Below are positions 47,875 through 58,311 of a stretch of DNA of 64,000 nucleotides, one piece after another. The position numbers and the translations under genes are program-made. The notes beneath the pieces are model-generated. The model searched no databases and was not told the DNA's origin. It saw nothing but the letters and a program-made list of their open reading frames with translations. Every line of letters begins with the position of its first letter. Within the stretch, counting starts at the first letter, position 1. The stretch is from positions 62,001 to 126,000 of IMG/VR virus record IMGVR_UViG_3300037110_000087. One strand, given 5' to 3'.

Positions 47875-50646
47875 TTGGCCATCCTAACATCCATCAGTCT
47901 AACCGAAAAGCCTTCTAGAGCTGTCCTCCATCGCCTCCAAAACGGAGTTTTCCCTCCAGGAATCTATAATGGAGGATCGGTGACCCCTGGTTCTGGCCGG
48001 AATGTCAATATATCTCAGTTTTCTGGAAAATCCCTTGAAGGATTAACGGTATACTCTAATAGCTCGATGGTCCAACCATTGCCAGAGGTAGCATTAGCAA
48101 ATCCCACCAATCCTTCTGACCCGGCCAACTATACCACTTATTATGTCGTCCTCTATGTTCAGGAATGGTACCAGGGATGTGGCTGGGCAGATAACATGGC
48201 GGAAATCCTCGTAATGGATGCTAATTCCTGGGCTTCTTACACTAACGCCCAGTATTGTATTGTGCTAGCTACCCTCAGATTGGGCAATTCATCAATTCAA
48301 CCTAGTCTGGCCGCTACTGATGTCGATTCCACTGTCGCCCAGGTAATTGATCTACAATATCAAGCTGGAAAATTCATGCTGAGTGGGACTGCTAGCTTTA
48401 ATGGACAGATAGGTACCCTCATCATTCACAATTTGGGCGCTGCCACCAATAATTACAGAGTTTCCGTTACTCCCACAGGTACTTTGCCCTTCGGGACCGG
48501 AATCGGGGATATTTGGGTCACCAAGACCCCAAGCAGTTTTACTGTCTATACTAATGGCAATGCGGTGGGTCTGCAGTTTGACTGGTTGTTAACTACGGCC
48601 CCTTCCGATTCTGCTTCCTTTGCTGGATCTGGAAAGTTACCTTTGCCCCAGTTTTATGTCAATCCAGGGCCTCCATCACCCTCTCTTGGAAATAATTCAG
48701 ATACCTACTTTGACTCTGTTGCCAACAATTTATATATCAAAGTGGAAGGAAGCTGGTATTCGGAAAGTGGACCGGCTGGGCCTAATGGGGCAACTGGCGC
48801 TCAGGGTCCTGCTGGCCCTGCTGGCCCCCAAGGTCCAATGGGATCTCAAGGTATTGCCGGTTCTACTATTTGGAGTGGTGCTGGAGCACCTGCTAACTCC
48901 CTTGGGAAAATTAATGACTGGTATATAGATACTTCTGAAGGTGATTACTACTTAAAGACAGGTTCTAATCATTGGTCCTATCAATTCAATGCCAGAGGAC
49001 CTCTTGGCCCAACTGGTATGGCTACTAGCATTATTACCGGCCTAGGAGCACCCAACGTCAATGTTGGAAGCGTCAACGATTTGTATATCAATATCAACAC
49101 TGGTGATCTGTACAAAAAGACAGCGATTGCAACATGGTCATTACAATTCAATCTGACCGGTCCGCAGGGTTTACAAGGTCTAGCAGGATCCACTATCTAT
49201 AATGGAACTTCCGCGCCTTCGAATGCATTAGGTAATAATGGTGATTACTATCTGAACACTCTCAATAGTAATTTCTATAACAAGATCTCTGGCACTTGGT
49301 CACTGGAAATGAATTTGGTTGGTGCTGCAGGGACAACAATCTGGGATGGAACCGGAAGTCCTCAGACTACCCTTGGTGCAGTTGGTGATTATTACATAGA
49401 CAATGCCAGCCAGAGATTCTATAATAAGATAGGTCCTGCTGCTTGGTCCTTTTTATTTAATCTCCAAGGAGCAACTGGCCCACAGGGAGCAACAGGTGCT
49501 CAGGGTCCTACCGGTGCTCAGGGTCCACAAGGAATTCAAGGAACAGTTGGACTTCAGGGTCCTATTGGTTTAACTGGCCCACAGGGTACTCCTGGGTATT
49601 CCGTGTTAAATGGTGTTACGAATCCTCTCACGACTGATGGAAATCCTGGTGACTTGTATGTCAATATCGCCACCTACACTCTATTTAAGAAGATATCTCC
49701 CACTTCCTGGGCCAGTGAAGGCTCTTTCCAGGGTATTCAAGGAATTCAAGGAATTCAAGGCCCAGTTGGATCCAGCATCCTGACTGGGATTGTTGATCCT
49801 TTGTCCACTGATGGTAACGTCAATGATTTATGGCTTAATACCCTTAGTTGGAATTTATTTAAAAAGACCAATACTGGATGGGTCTCCCAAGGTAGCATTG
49901 AGGATACCCATGGGTCACTCTATGTAAATGCCACCGATACAACTCCAGTTCAGGGTGATTCTTCCCTCACTCTTGATGGGACCTTATCTTCTTATGCAGG
50001 GACTACCTGGACTCCTGCTATGAAACTGGGAAGATGGGATTCAACTATTATCGTTCCAACCTCTCCTCAGATCTACAATTCCACTACCACCACAAGCTTG
50101 GCTAGAAGTTATAGAAATATGACCATTTTTGGTAGGATTAAATCAACTCTATTCAGAACTACTTCTCCAAAGATGACACTAGCCTTACGATCAGTCTATG
50201 GTACTCAGATCTTGGCTTCCAACTTCATGGCAGTTGCCACTCAATTGACTAATTCTGGCGTGGTTTTAAGTAATAACTATGGATCCATCAATATCAACAA
50301 TGGGTTCTATGCCCAATTCTCCTCCCCGACAGTGGGTTCTATGCCTGCGATCTCATCTGGGAATGAGAGTTTCGTCATCAACCCAGACTCCGAGACATTA
50401 ATTACCATCGCTGCTCCTGTGGTGATGGACCAGGATATTCTATTTGCTTTCTATATCCAGGATGTCAGTGCCAACAATGCCATTTCATTCGCTGATTTTA
50501 GTTTCGGAACAAGTGATTTGACCTGTGGTGTTGGTGCTGGGAATTTACTATCCGGGGCACCTTCATTCATCAGTGTCTTCTCAGAGGGCATTTTCACTAC
50601 TGTTGGATCATTATTCCTTGCTAAGGTCTATAGTGATTTTAACTAA
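47875..50646 (+). CDS. Long tail fibre/baseplate protein with collagen segments and about 7 G-x-G-x-P...G..ND.Y repeats
   Basis: Alternating GPxG linkers and '[23 protein letters not shown]' type repeats. Confidence 0.75.
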   Translation: MAILTSISLTEKPSRAVLHRLQNGVFPPGIYNGGSVTPGSGRNVNISQFSGKSLEGLTVYSNSSMVQPLPEVALANPTNPSDPANYTTYYVVLYVQEWYQGCGWADNMAEILVMDANSWASYTNAQYCIVLATLRLGNSSIQPSLAATDVDSTVAQVIDLQYQAGKFMLSGTASFNGQIGTLIIHNLGAATNNYRVSVTPTGTLPFGTGIGDIWVTKTPSSFTVYTNGNAVGLQFDWLLTTAPSDSASFAGSGKLPLPQFYVNPGPPSPSLGNNSDTYFDSVANNLYIKVEGSWYSESGPAGPNGATGAQGPAGPAGPQGPMGSQGIAGSTIWSGAGAPANSLGKINDWYIDTSEGDYYLKTGSNHWSYQFNARGPLGPTGMATSIITGLGAPNVNVGSVNDLYININTGDLYKKTAIATWSLQFNLTGPQGLQGLAGSTIYNGTSAPSNALGNNGDYYLNTLNSNFYNKISGTWSLEMNLVGAAGTTIWDGTGSPQTTLGAVGDYYIDNASQRFYNKIGPAAWSFLFNLQGATGPQGATGAQGPTGAQGPQGIQGTVGLQGPIGLTGPQGTPGYSVLNGVTNPLTTDGNPGDLYVNIATYTLFKKISPTSWASEGSFQGIQGIQGIQGPVGSSILTGIVDPLSTDGNVNDLWLNTLSWNLFKKTNTGWVSQGSIEDTHGSLYVNATDTTPVQGDSSLTLDGTLSSYAGTTWTPAMKLGRWDSTIIVPTSPQIYNSTTTTSLARSYRNMTIFGRIKSTLFRTTSPKMTLALRSVYGTQILASNFMAVATQLTNSGVVLSNNYGSININNGFYAQFSSPTVGSMPAISSGNESFVINPDSETLITIAAPVVMDQDILFAFYIQDVSANNAISFADFSFGTSDLTCGVGAGNLLSGAPSFISVFSEGIFTTVGSLFLAKVYSDFN

Positions 50647-50657
50647 TCGAGGCATTA

Positions 50658-51395
50658 ATGGCAGAATTGACTGAAGACGGTTTCGTACAAGAAGCTTTCC
50701 ATAGAATATCAGCAAAGATGGCAGATACTAAGAATGTCTTTAAAAAGGTATCTAAGTTAACTGTCTACGAGATGATCAGATATACCCCGATGAATATTAG
50801 ACTGAATCGAAAGAATAACTGTAGGGTGTATTTTTACAATAGTGAATTTATCAAGAGAGAAGGTAAAAGGGGTCTTAGAACATTTGCGTATAAAACTGGT
50901 TGTAATCAACATACTTATTTAACTCAGATTGGATTTCTGGATTATAAATTGAACCTGAAATCCCCCGTATGGGTTAGCTGTCAATGTGACTATTATAAAT
51001 ACCAATTGGAATGGGTAAACACTTCTTATGGAGCGTCTGATCATACCTACGCCCTCAATCAACCTCCAGTGTTTACCAATCCTCATATGGTACCCGGTGC
51101 CTGCAAACATATTCTTTCAGTGGTTGATGATGCTATGAAGCGCACCAGACAATTCGCTAGACTTGATGCAAACAAGGACCTTGAAGTCGAAGATACCAAG
51201 ATTGATAAACGTTGGGATCTTTCGAAGGACTACACCAAGCTGAAGAAAATACCTTCTGGGAAGGATACCGGCCCAACGTTTACCCCGGATGATAATAAAC
51301 TCCAGATGAGGGAGTATAATCCAAATAAGTCAGTCAATCCAGACAGGTTCTTTGAGGCTCCGGAGCCAGAGAAACCCGAGGAGAAAGAGGAATAA
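50658..51395 (+). CDS. SWIM-type zinc-finger protein
   Basis: VWVSCQCDYY...TNP...GACKHI. Confidence 0.7.
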   Translation: MAELTEDGFVQEAFHRISAKMADTKNVFKKVSKLTVYEMIRYTPMNIRLNRKNNCRVYFYNSEFIKREGKRGLRTFAYKTGCNQHTYLTQIGFLDYKLNLKSPVWVSCQCDYYKYQLEWVNTSYGASDHTYALNQPPVFTNPHMVPGACKHILSVVDDAMKRTRQFARLDANKDLEVEDTKIDKRWDLSKDYTKLKKIPSGKDTGPTFTPDDNKLQMREYNPNKSVNPDRFFEAPEPEKPEEKEE

Positions 51396-51487
51396 TGTTT
51401 GAACACCTAAAGAGAAATAGCTTAGATTCATGCGAAAATTAATAAGAGATTGACTAACATCGAAACTATTGCAAATGGGAGGGTACT

Positions 51488-54394
51488 TTGTCATACCAAG
51501 AAACTCTAACTTTAACCCAGTATATTCGCCCAAGTACCAAGATTGGTAGAGATTATAACGCCAAGACCGTAGCTCTTGGAAATCTTCCCCGTATTCCGAC
51601 CTTCATTGGGCAGGGTGTTCCTTACATTGCTGCAACGAACATGGCCATTGTTCGCTGTTTCGTTCAGAGGGAAGTTCTTACCTTCAGCAGCACTGCTCCC
51701 TTCATCGCCCCCTTGGATCATCTCAGCAACGGTAGCCAACTTCCCTCCAATGGTTCCATCGTTCAGCTATATGACGCCAATAATGTTCAGGTCGATCCAC
51801 TCAAATGGAAGTTCACCAAATCTGATCCTAGTTCACCTAATTATGATCTAGTTCAGATCTTTACCGAGGTATATAGCTCTCAGTCAACTTACTACATTGA
51901 TTACCAGAGCGTCGATACCACCCTGATGGATAAGCTCCCAATCACTGGCCTGAGAACAATCAACTACAGTGGTAATCATGCCTACGAGAATCTATACGCT
52001 CTAGGTACCGATTTCTCAATGTTCTCCTCCATCACCAATCCAGTTGGTAATTCTACCAATGTTGGTACTGGCGTAATTCAGGTGAACACCGAGGCAAGTT
52101 ACACCGCTTGGAATAGAAATTACACCCTGACCATTGAGAGCAGAACTGATGTCGTCACTTCCTCTTTCTTAACAAGCGCATGGACTGCAGGGACCAACAC
52201 AGGTACTGCTTCGATTGCGATTGCTGCGACCTCCGCTTACACTGGGACCGCTGCGACCTACACCCTGAGTGTCTCTTCAGTTTCCGGATCTTCAGTTACT
52301 CTAGCTTGGTCCCGCTCTACTGATTCAAATACTGGCACCATTATCGTGCCCCTTGCTAATCCAATTAATATAACCGGCCCCTACGGAATGACCATTACCA
52401 TGACCAATCCTGATCAGGCCCTGGCTGGAGATACCTTCACCAACACTGCCACTTCAGTTAGTACTCCTAGCATGCAGGTGAGTTGGTTCAGTGACGACTT
52501 TACTGCTGGTTCTGGTCTTTTCACTATTAATAATAGCACCTCTACCTCAGTTGCTATCGAATCTGGAATCCTCCTTGATTTCGGATCAGTCATCGGTGGT
52601 AACTTTGTTTCTGGTGGTCTGGATGCCTTCACTACCGGCGACGTCTTCACCTTTGAAGCGATCAATTCTGATCTCATCGACTGGAACTACACCAGAACAA
52701 ATACTCAGTCCTTCAGCACCAGCAATATCTACTATGATGCCATGGGTATCATTACAGGTACCTCCAGAAGCTATTACATCACTTTGGATTACGTTCCTGC
52801 TGGAGTCGATACGGTTGGACCCAGCTTTAATCAGATCATATCAGGTGTCACCTCTCAGGCTACTCATGTCAGAATCAATTCTGGCAGTGTTTACACTGGT
52901 TCTTTCCCTGATCAGTTCACCTTCACTGTCAGTGGCGTCACTTCAGGCGCTGCTACAATGTCTTGGACTCACTCCGCTAGCTCCGATACAGGGTCTATTG
53001 CTATCACCAGCACTGGAACTACCGGTCTAGCAGGACCTTACGGAATCCTGATTGATGTGGACTTCGCTTCCCTTGTTAACGCTCAGGTTTTCACTCTGAT
53101 CGCTACCCCGGCAGTGAATTTGGTCTACTCCAGCCTGGGAACCAACATCCAGCACGTTAGTATTCCTAACAAGCCCTATGTGAAGCTGTTCTCTTCTCCA
53201 ATCACCAACATTTCTGCTACTTATAGCTACTCAAATTCTCCTCAAGTTGGGCAGCTTTACTACGTTACTGCTCAGTACACCAGACCTTCGTCAATGTACA
53301 ATACCCCTCTGGTCTTTACTGACGTCAATGAGGCTCAGGCTACTATTGGTCTTCCCAGCCCGACTAATCAGCTTGGAATCATGGTTGATTATGCCTTCAA
53401 TGTTGCCAATAACAACATCATCGCTGTCATTCAGATTTCTAGTGCTGATCATTCTGGTGTCTATAATAGCAATGATTACTCAGTTGGAATCAATGCTCTC
53501 ATGCAGAGAAGCGATCTGAGTGATGTCTGCGTCCTTGGATCATTCGATTCACTCAGCAACCAGATCTATAACAGTCAGATTTCCAATGATCCCCTCTATG
53601 GTGCTTTAAGACTCTACTGGATCGGTTACCCACAGGGGTATCAGGTCGGTGGTGGATCCGTTCCGGGAACCATTGCTTACACTAGCAGCCAGATCCTGCA
53701 GGTGTCAGGTAATAACCCAGCCCACGGAACTTTCATCAGTGTTGCCAATCAGTGGGTTCAGAGAACCATGGCAATGGAAAATGGAACTACCGCCCAGCTT
53801 ACCCTGGATGGTTCATTCTTCGCGGCAATGATCTGCTGCTTACAGACTGCGAGTCCAGACCCCAACTTCTTCCTGATCAATCAGGTAGTTCCTGGTGTTG
53901 ATAATGTTGCGACCTTTGTGGATACTGATGTCACAATCCTGGGTAGCACTAGCAATACTTACGCTCTGCAGCCACAGAATAGTACCGTAGTTACCATCAC
54001 TGATGCTGTGACCACTGACAGTTCTTCTAGCTCTCTCCACGAGATTAACGTAATGATTGCCACTCAGTACGTGACCAAGGATATCATCCAGACCTGCAAC
54101 ACCGCTCTGATTGGGTATGTTGCTCAGAGCGTGGATGATGGTATCGCTCGCATCACAAGTGTCATCAGCAACGAACTGATCAGCCTCATCAGCAATGGTG
54201 TAATTGCTCAGTACACAGACGCTACTGGCACTCCACGTCCGCTCGCGAATACCGACATCGACGTCTGGCAGGATGTTGACGACCCAACCAGATATAATTT
54301 CAACTACTGGTTCAATGGACGTTATGGTATTAAGAGACTGATCGGTATGTACAGTGTGGACCAGAACAACTTCTTGGCCACTCAGTCTTCATAA
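51488..54394 (+). CDS. Tail sheath protein with large internal insertions
   Basis: N-terminal PSTKIG; C-terminal sheath domain (LDGSFFAAM, ITDAVTTD, DPTRYNFNYWF...IKRL); upstream of the tube gene. Confidence 0.85.
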   Translation: MSYQETLTLTQYIRPSTKIGRDYNAKTVALGNLPRIPTFIGQGVPYIAATNMAIVRCFVQREVLTFSSTAPFIAPLDHLSNGSQLPSNGSIVQLYDANNVQVDPLKWKFTKSDPSSPNYDLVQIFTEVYSSQSTYYIDYQSVDTTLMDKLPITGLRTINYSGNHAYENLYALGTDFSMFSSITNPVGNSTNVGTGVIQVNTEASYTAWNRNYTLTIESRTDVVTSSFLTSAWTAGTNTGTASIAIAATSAYTGTAATYTLSVSSVSGSSVTLAWSRSTDSNTGTIIVPLANPINITGPYGMTITMTNPDQALAGDTFTNTATSVSTPSMQVSWFSDDFTAGSGLFTINNSTSTSVAIESGILLDFGSVIGGNFVSGGLDAFTTGDVFTFEAINSDLIDWNYTRTNTQSFSTSNIYYDAMGIITGTSRSYYITLDYVPAGVDTVGPSFNQIISGVTSQATHVRINSGSVYTGSFPDQFTFTVSGVTSGAATMSWTHSASSDTGSIAITSTGTTGLAGPYGILIDVDFASLVNAQVFTLIATPAVNLVYSSLGTNIQHVSIPNKPYVKLFSSPITNISATYSYSNSPQVGQLYYVTAQYTRPSSMYNTPLVFTDVNEAQATIGLPSPTNQLGIMVDYAFNVANNNIIAVIQISSADHSGVYNSNDYSVGINALMQRSDLSDVCVLGSFDSLSNQIYNSQISNDPLYGALRLYWIGYPQGYQVGGGSVPGTIAYTSSQILQVSGNNPAHGTFISVANQWVQRTMAMENGTTAQLTLDGSFFAAMICCLQTASPDPNFFLINQVVPGVDNVATFVDTDVTILGSTSNTYALQPQNSTVVTITDAVTTDSSSSSLHEINVMIATQYVTKDIIQTCNTALIGYVAQSVDDGIARITSVISNELISLISNGVIAQYTDATGTPRPLANTDIDVWQDVDDPTRYNFNYWFNGRYGIKRLIGMYSVDQNNFLATQSS

Positions 54395-54403
54395 AGGTAG
54401 GTA

Positions 54404-54787
54404 ATGGCAAACCTTAGGTTAAACTTTGAATCGGGATTTAGTCAGGCGATGAAAAAACATCGTCTGGCTAACCTTCTGGAAATCAAAGAGTTACTTGATA
54501 GGAACAATGAATTAGATCTAAAGCCAAAAAACTTGCAATTACTAGCACAGGCTGCGAAAGAGCTTAATGCATTTTTCCAAAGTAGTGCTGGGCGTTCAAG
54601 GGAATTTAGAGACTATCTTGATCAGATCGAGAACAGCGTAGGTATTATCTTGAAAGAATCTGGGAAGGAAAAATTGCCAAGACAGAGCATCAGAAGCCTA
54701 CAGGCGTCAGTGCAGAAAATAAATCCGATTGTTAGTGGTATACTTAAGAAAGAAATGAGTGGAGGCTATAACAATGTCAGCAGCTAA
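54404..54787 (+). CDS. Basic helical hypothetical protein between sheath and tube
   Basis: SD AAGGTAGG. Confidence 0.6.
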   Translation: MANLRLNFESGFSQAMKKHRLANLLEIKELLDRNNELDLKPKNLQLLAQAAKELNAFFQSSAGRSREFRDYLDQIENSVGIILKESGKEKLPRQSIRSLQASVQKINPIVSGILKKEMSGGYNNVSS

Positions 54788-55286
54788 CGAGTTTAACGTC
54801 ACAGTTCCTATTACTGAGGTAACTCTTACTAAGACCTATCATGGTCTTTCTATTATCTCAGGAAGTGGGCAGATTGTGGGCAGAATTCAGAGTTTCCAGC
54901 CCACAGCTTATGCAAGAGATGGAAAACATGTTTACGAGTTAAACGCTTTTACCTTCGGTAGACCAGTAGATTATGTTCCAGGTATCGAGAGCGGTCGTCA
55001 GTTAAACTGCGAACGTGTTGAGATGTGGAATGACGAGTTTGAAATTGAATTTGGTGCCAGTGCCGACGTTCAGAGAAATGGTGGTATTGAGTGGATCGAC
55101 TTATGTGAGCAGACTAGACCATTTATCGTACAGGAAGCGCTGTTCCGTGGCGGTTCTCGTTATCGTACTTGGGAATATCTGGGCTGCTGGTTGAAGGCTA
55201 AGACAATCACAGGGTTCCAAGCTGAAGGTGACGCAAAGGTTATTGTTACCTGTGATATGGCTTTCATCATCAGAAAAGCTCTGTAA
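54774..55286 (+). CDS. Tail tube protein
   Basis: Start MSAANEF (SD GGAGG); IVGRIQSF...YELN...L..ERVEMW...WEYLGCW. Confidence 0.8.
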   Translation: MSAANEFNVTVPITEVTLTKTYHGLSIISGSGQIVGRIQSFQPTAYARDGKHVYELNAFTFGRPVDYVPGIESGRQLNCERVEMWNDEFEIEFGASADVQRNGGIEWIDLCEQTRPFIVQEALFRGGSRYRTWEYLGCWLKAKTITGFQAEGDAKVIVTCDMAFIIRKAL

Positions 55287-55319
55287 ACTACTGATAAAAT
55301 AGAGAAAGGGAGTCACTAA

Positions 55320-55961
55320 ATGTTATTTAACGCCAACAACATTCTTGCAGCAGTCAACAACAAGGCTGACGTTCTAAATCGTTCAGATTTGGAATGCATC
55401 TCCGTTAAGGCATGTGGATCAAAGGGTGATTCCAAGATCTATATGGTCCGTTACGCTTATGCAGCCGTAGCTGGGGTACCAACTAGAGTTCAGTTCCAGG
55501 CATCCATTAATAAGGATCTTGGTCAATCAGTTACGATTGATCCATGTCATATTCTTGTCGGCCAGTACGCAATCGTTTCCAAGGTTTATAGCAAGTATCC
55601 ACTGACTGAACAGACCATGCCAAAGCAGTATATTGGTGGCATGAAGGCTATTCTTGAAGAGAATCCTACTGATAAGCTGATTGAGATGGGTGACGAAGTT
55701 CGTGGTTTTGATGGTATGTCAACTTTCCTGGGTCAGGTTGTGGGATACGATGACAATGAAGTCAGCCTTCGCACTGGTGCCGTTATCAAGTCAGTTGGTT
55801 TTGATCAGATCATCGAAGTAAAGGCCGCTCCTCGTTTCGCTCCGATCGATCAGGCTTGCTACGATTATTATATTCAGATCTATCCTAAGGAGTTTGTTGA
55901 AAAGCTTACTGCCAAGGAAGACTATCTGAAGAGCCTCCAGAAGAGATCTGCTGAGAAGTAA
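55320..55961 (+). CDS. Probable virion structural protein
   Basis: Last gene of the tail operon, followed by a hairpin. Confidence 0.55.
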   Translation: MLFNANNILAAVNNKADVLNRSDLECISVKACGSKGDSKIYMVRYAYAAVAGVPTRVQFQASINKDLGQSVTIDPCHILVGQYAIVSKVYSKYPLTEQTMPKQYIGGMKAILEENPTDKLIEMGDEVRGFDGMSTFLGQVVGYDDNEVSLRTGAVIKSVGFDQIIEVKAAPRFAPIDQACYDYYIQIYPKEFVEKLTAKEDYLKSLQKRSAEK

Positions 55962-55973
55962 GTTTCCTCTTCG

Positions 55974-56020
55974 ATGGCCAAGCTTTCTTCCGACTCTCCA
56001 GGAAAGCTTGGCCATTTCTC
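55974..56020 (+). terminator. Terminator-like 14-bp stem-loop
   Basis: atggccaagctttc-N14-gaaagcttggccat followed by ttctcttattt. Confidence 0.75.
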
Positions 56021-56034
56021 TTATTTGGTGATCA

Positions 56035-57243
56035 ATGAAACTCCATCTTAAAGCCTTTGTTAAAAAAGCTTATGGTACGGATTACGCCTTTACAACAGGT
56101 GAATCTGTTAAGGTAGATGGGAAGGCGGTTTCCATTTGGTGCATTTTAGTTGTTGATACACCAGACTACATTGGTGGGCGAATGGCCATCAGAAAATGTG
56201 ATCTTGGTCTAGATGAAGATGAACACGAATATTTCGTCATTTTTACAACTAGCAGGAATCTGACCGGCGAAGAAATCGAAGGTGGAATCTATCTTAGAGA
56301 AATGATCGGTGATTGGGATGAAATTTACGAACTCTTGGATTGGAGTGAATGGAGTCCAAGGGACCAGTACAATCTTGGGGAATTTGAATATTTCGAAGAA
56401 ACTGGTGAGTGGCCTGATGCAATGAAACCAGAACTCTCTGAATCAGATATAAAAGAATTAAAGCAATGGGGAATTAAAGGAAGGAATAAAATGGAACTTC
56501 ATCTAGTAGCGACTATTCAGAAGAAACCGATCAAAAAGATATCGGTCCATCGCAAAAAGGGCGCTATTCCTCCTCCAGTTGTTACCCCGACACCTCAACC
56601 GGTTAATCCACCGGCCCAGACTGAAGTAGTGAATCAGAATACACAGACCACGAACACCCAGACTCAGGCTCCTCCTCCTAAGTGGATGGAAAATCCCTGC
56701 TACAATCCTCTATACATTGGTGATACTGGACAATCAGCTGCTTCGCCAGAGAAGGCTGAAGCAGCCGCCAAGGATAGATTGGCTAAGGGTATTATTGACC
56801 AATTTCATAAACAGAAATATTCCTTTAGTGAACAAATAATTGGGGCATGGGTTAAGAAATGGAGCAAGATCGGAATTGAAGGCGTTGATGGTCACTTCCA
56901 AGATCAGGGTTGGAATCGTGCCTGGGCAACGCTGGATGCTAGACAGTATGGCGATTTGGCCAAATATGTTAGAGATCACCCAACTGGTGAACAGAATGGG
57001 CAAAATCTCCAGCAGAACAACAACCAGACTACCCAGAACAACAACCAGAATTCCAAGAATATCGTGTATGATAAGACCCAGACCAAGACTTCTGATAAGG
57101 GGCCTCTGGCACCAGGATTCCTTCCTGATGGTCATTATCCATCAAAACAGGATCTGCTGAAGCAGTTTCCGAATGTACAAAATGACGATAGTTTAGCACG
57201 ACGCCAATATGATCTAGCAAGACACCAACAGCCACAAGGATAA
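56035..57243 (+). CDS. Leader-bearing two-part protein (second leader at 56491) with Pro- and Gln/Asn-rich segments
   Basis: MKLHLKAFVKKA; GIKG module; internal MELHLVA. Confidence 0.75.
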   Translation: MKLHLKAFVKKAYGTDYAFTTGESVKVDGKAVSIWCILVVDTPDYIGGRMAIRKCDLGLDEDEHEYFVIFTTSRNLTGEEIEGGIYLREMIGDWDEIYELLDWSEWSPRDQYNLGEFEYFEETGEWPDAMKPELSESDIKELKQWGIKGRNKMELHLVATIQKKPIKKISVHRKKGAIPPPVVTPTPQPVNPPAQTEVVNQNTQTTNTQTQAPPPKWMENPCYNPLYIGDTGQSAASPEKAEAAAKDRLAKGIIDQFHKQKYSFSEQIIGAWVKKWSKIGIEGVDGHFQDQGWNRAWATLDARQYGDLAKYVRDHPTGEQNGQNLQQNNNQTTQNNNQNSKNIVYDKTQTKTSDKGPLAPGFLPDGHYPSKQDLLKQFPNVQNDDSLARRQYDLARHQQPQG

Positions 57244-57246
57244 GAA

Positions 57247-58302
57247 ATGAAGATGAAATTTGTTGCCAAAAAAGTTAAGGTTTACCCAACTATTGTCTTC
57301 AACAAGGATAATAAGTCGGGTAATGATAAAAGTGCTGTTCAGCCCTTGAAGAAGAAAGCAGGGATTCAGGATGACGCTCACAAGTGTGTATTTTGGATTG
57401 ATGAGTTTGATGACAATCCAGACGTAAACCCCGATTGTTTTGTCGATCTCGCAAATCCGGCTATGACCAAAGAATTATGTGCCAAAGCTGGGATTGAACT
57501 GATTGGCTACGATTCGAGCAGAGGGTGTGCCTCAGGATATCTACCCGATGATTTATATAATGAACTCGAAACTACGGGTTCGTTCGATAAGACCGTCCAA
57601 GGAAGCAATGGAGTTTATTATCAGATTCATGCTCCCTTCGAAACCCTCCCTGAAGATACCCTTAATTTCGAGGGAAAGACCAAGAGATACCCAACTATTA
57701 CCTTCCACAAGAAGAATCAGTCAGGTAATGATAAAAGTGCTGTTCAGCCTTTGAAGAAAGCTGAAGTAAGGACCGCTGAGAAATCCACTAAATGTGTCGA
57801 TTGTGGTACCCCAGGTACTGTAAAAGATATGGTGTCTAATAATGAAGGTGCTGGTTACGTTTGCAACAAGTGCTTTCACAAACGCCGTATTGAAGATGAT
57901 AAAGCCAAGAAAGGATCCCCTAAGACCGCCTTGGTGCCCAAAGAACTGAAACTTCCTCCCGAATCTCTTAAAGGACCGCAGGGTCCAGCGAATAAAGAGA
58001 CTGTAGAGAAGCAAAAACTCGCTCCGGTTCCTCATGAACCGATGAAGGCTAAAGCGAGTGCGCAGAATCCAGTATTTGTCACCCTAGAAGAAAGTGAAGA
58101 GAACGAGAACGGGACTAGCATGACCTTCTATTATCACAAGGGAACAGCCACCACAGATGAGATTAAGCAATTTATTATTGATCATGATGGACGTTTTGCC
58201 TGTGGTCTTTCGGTGATGGTTAATGACGGTATGACAGTTGATCTCTGTGAGGAACAGCCTTTTCCAGAATATGATAGGTTTCAAGCTAATCCAGTGGGTT
58301 AG
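57247..58302 (+). CDS. Leader/YPTI-module polyprotein-like protein with acidic and Zn-finger segments
   Basis: Two YPTI modules, CVDC..CNKC, KTAL..KGP module. Confidence 0.75.
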   Translation: MKMKFVAKKVKVYPTIVFNKDNKSGNDKSAVQPLKKKAGIQDDAHKCVFWIDEFDDNPDVNPDCFVDLANPAMTKELCAKAGIELIGYDSSRGCASGYLPDDLYNELETTGSFDKTVQGSNGVYYQIHAPFETLPEDTLNFEGKTKRYPTITFHKKNQSGNDKSAVQPLKKAEVRTAEKSTKCVDCGTPGTVKDMVSNNEGAGYVCNKCFHKRRIEDDKAKKGSPKTALVPKELKLPPESLKGPQGPANKETVEKQKLAPVPHEPMKAKASAQNPVFVTLEESEENENGTSMTFYYHKGTATTDEIKQFIIDHDGRFACGLSVMVNDGMTVDLCEEQPFPEYDRFQANPVG

Positions 58303-58311
58303 GAGGATAAA

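Noticed and set aside
54404-54787. MANLRLNF as a cargo leader
   Set aside because: Only a partial match; left uncounted until a genome-wide motif score is available.
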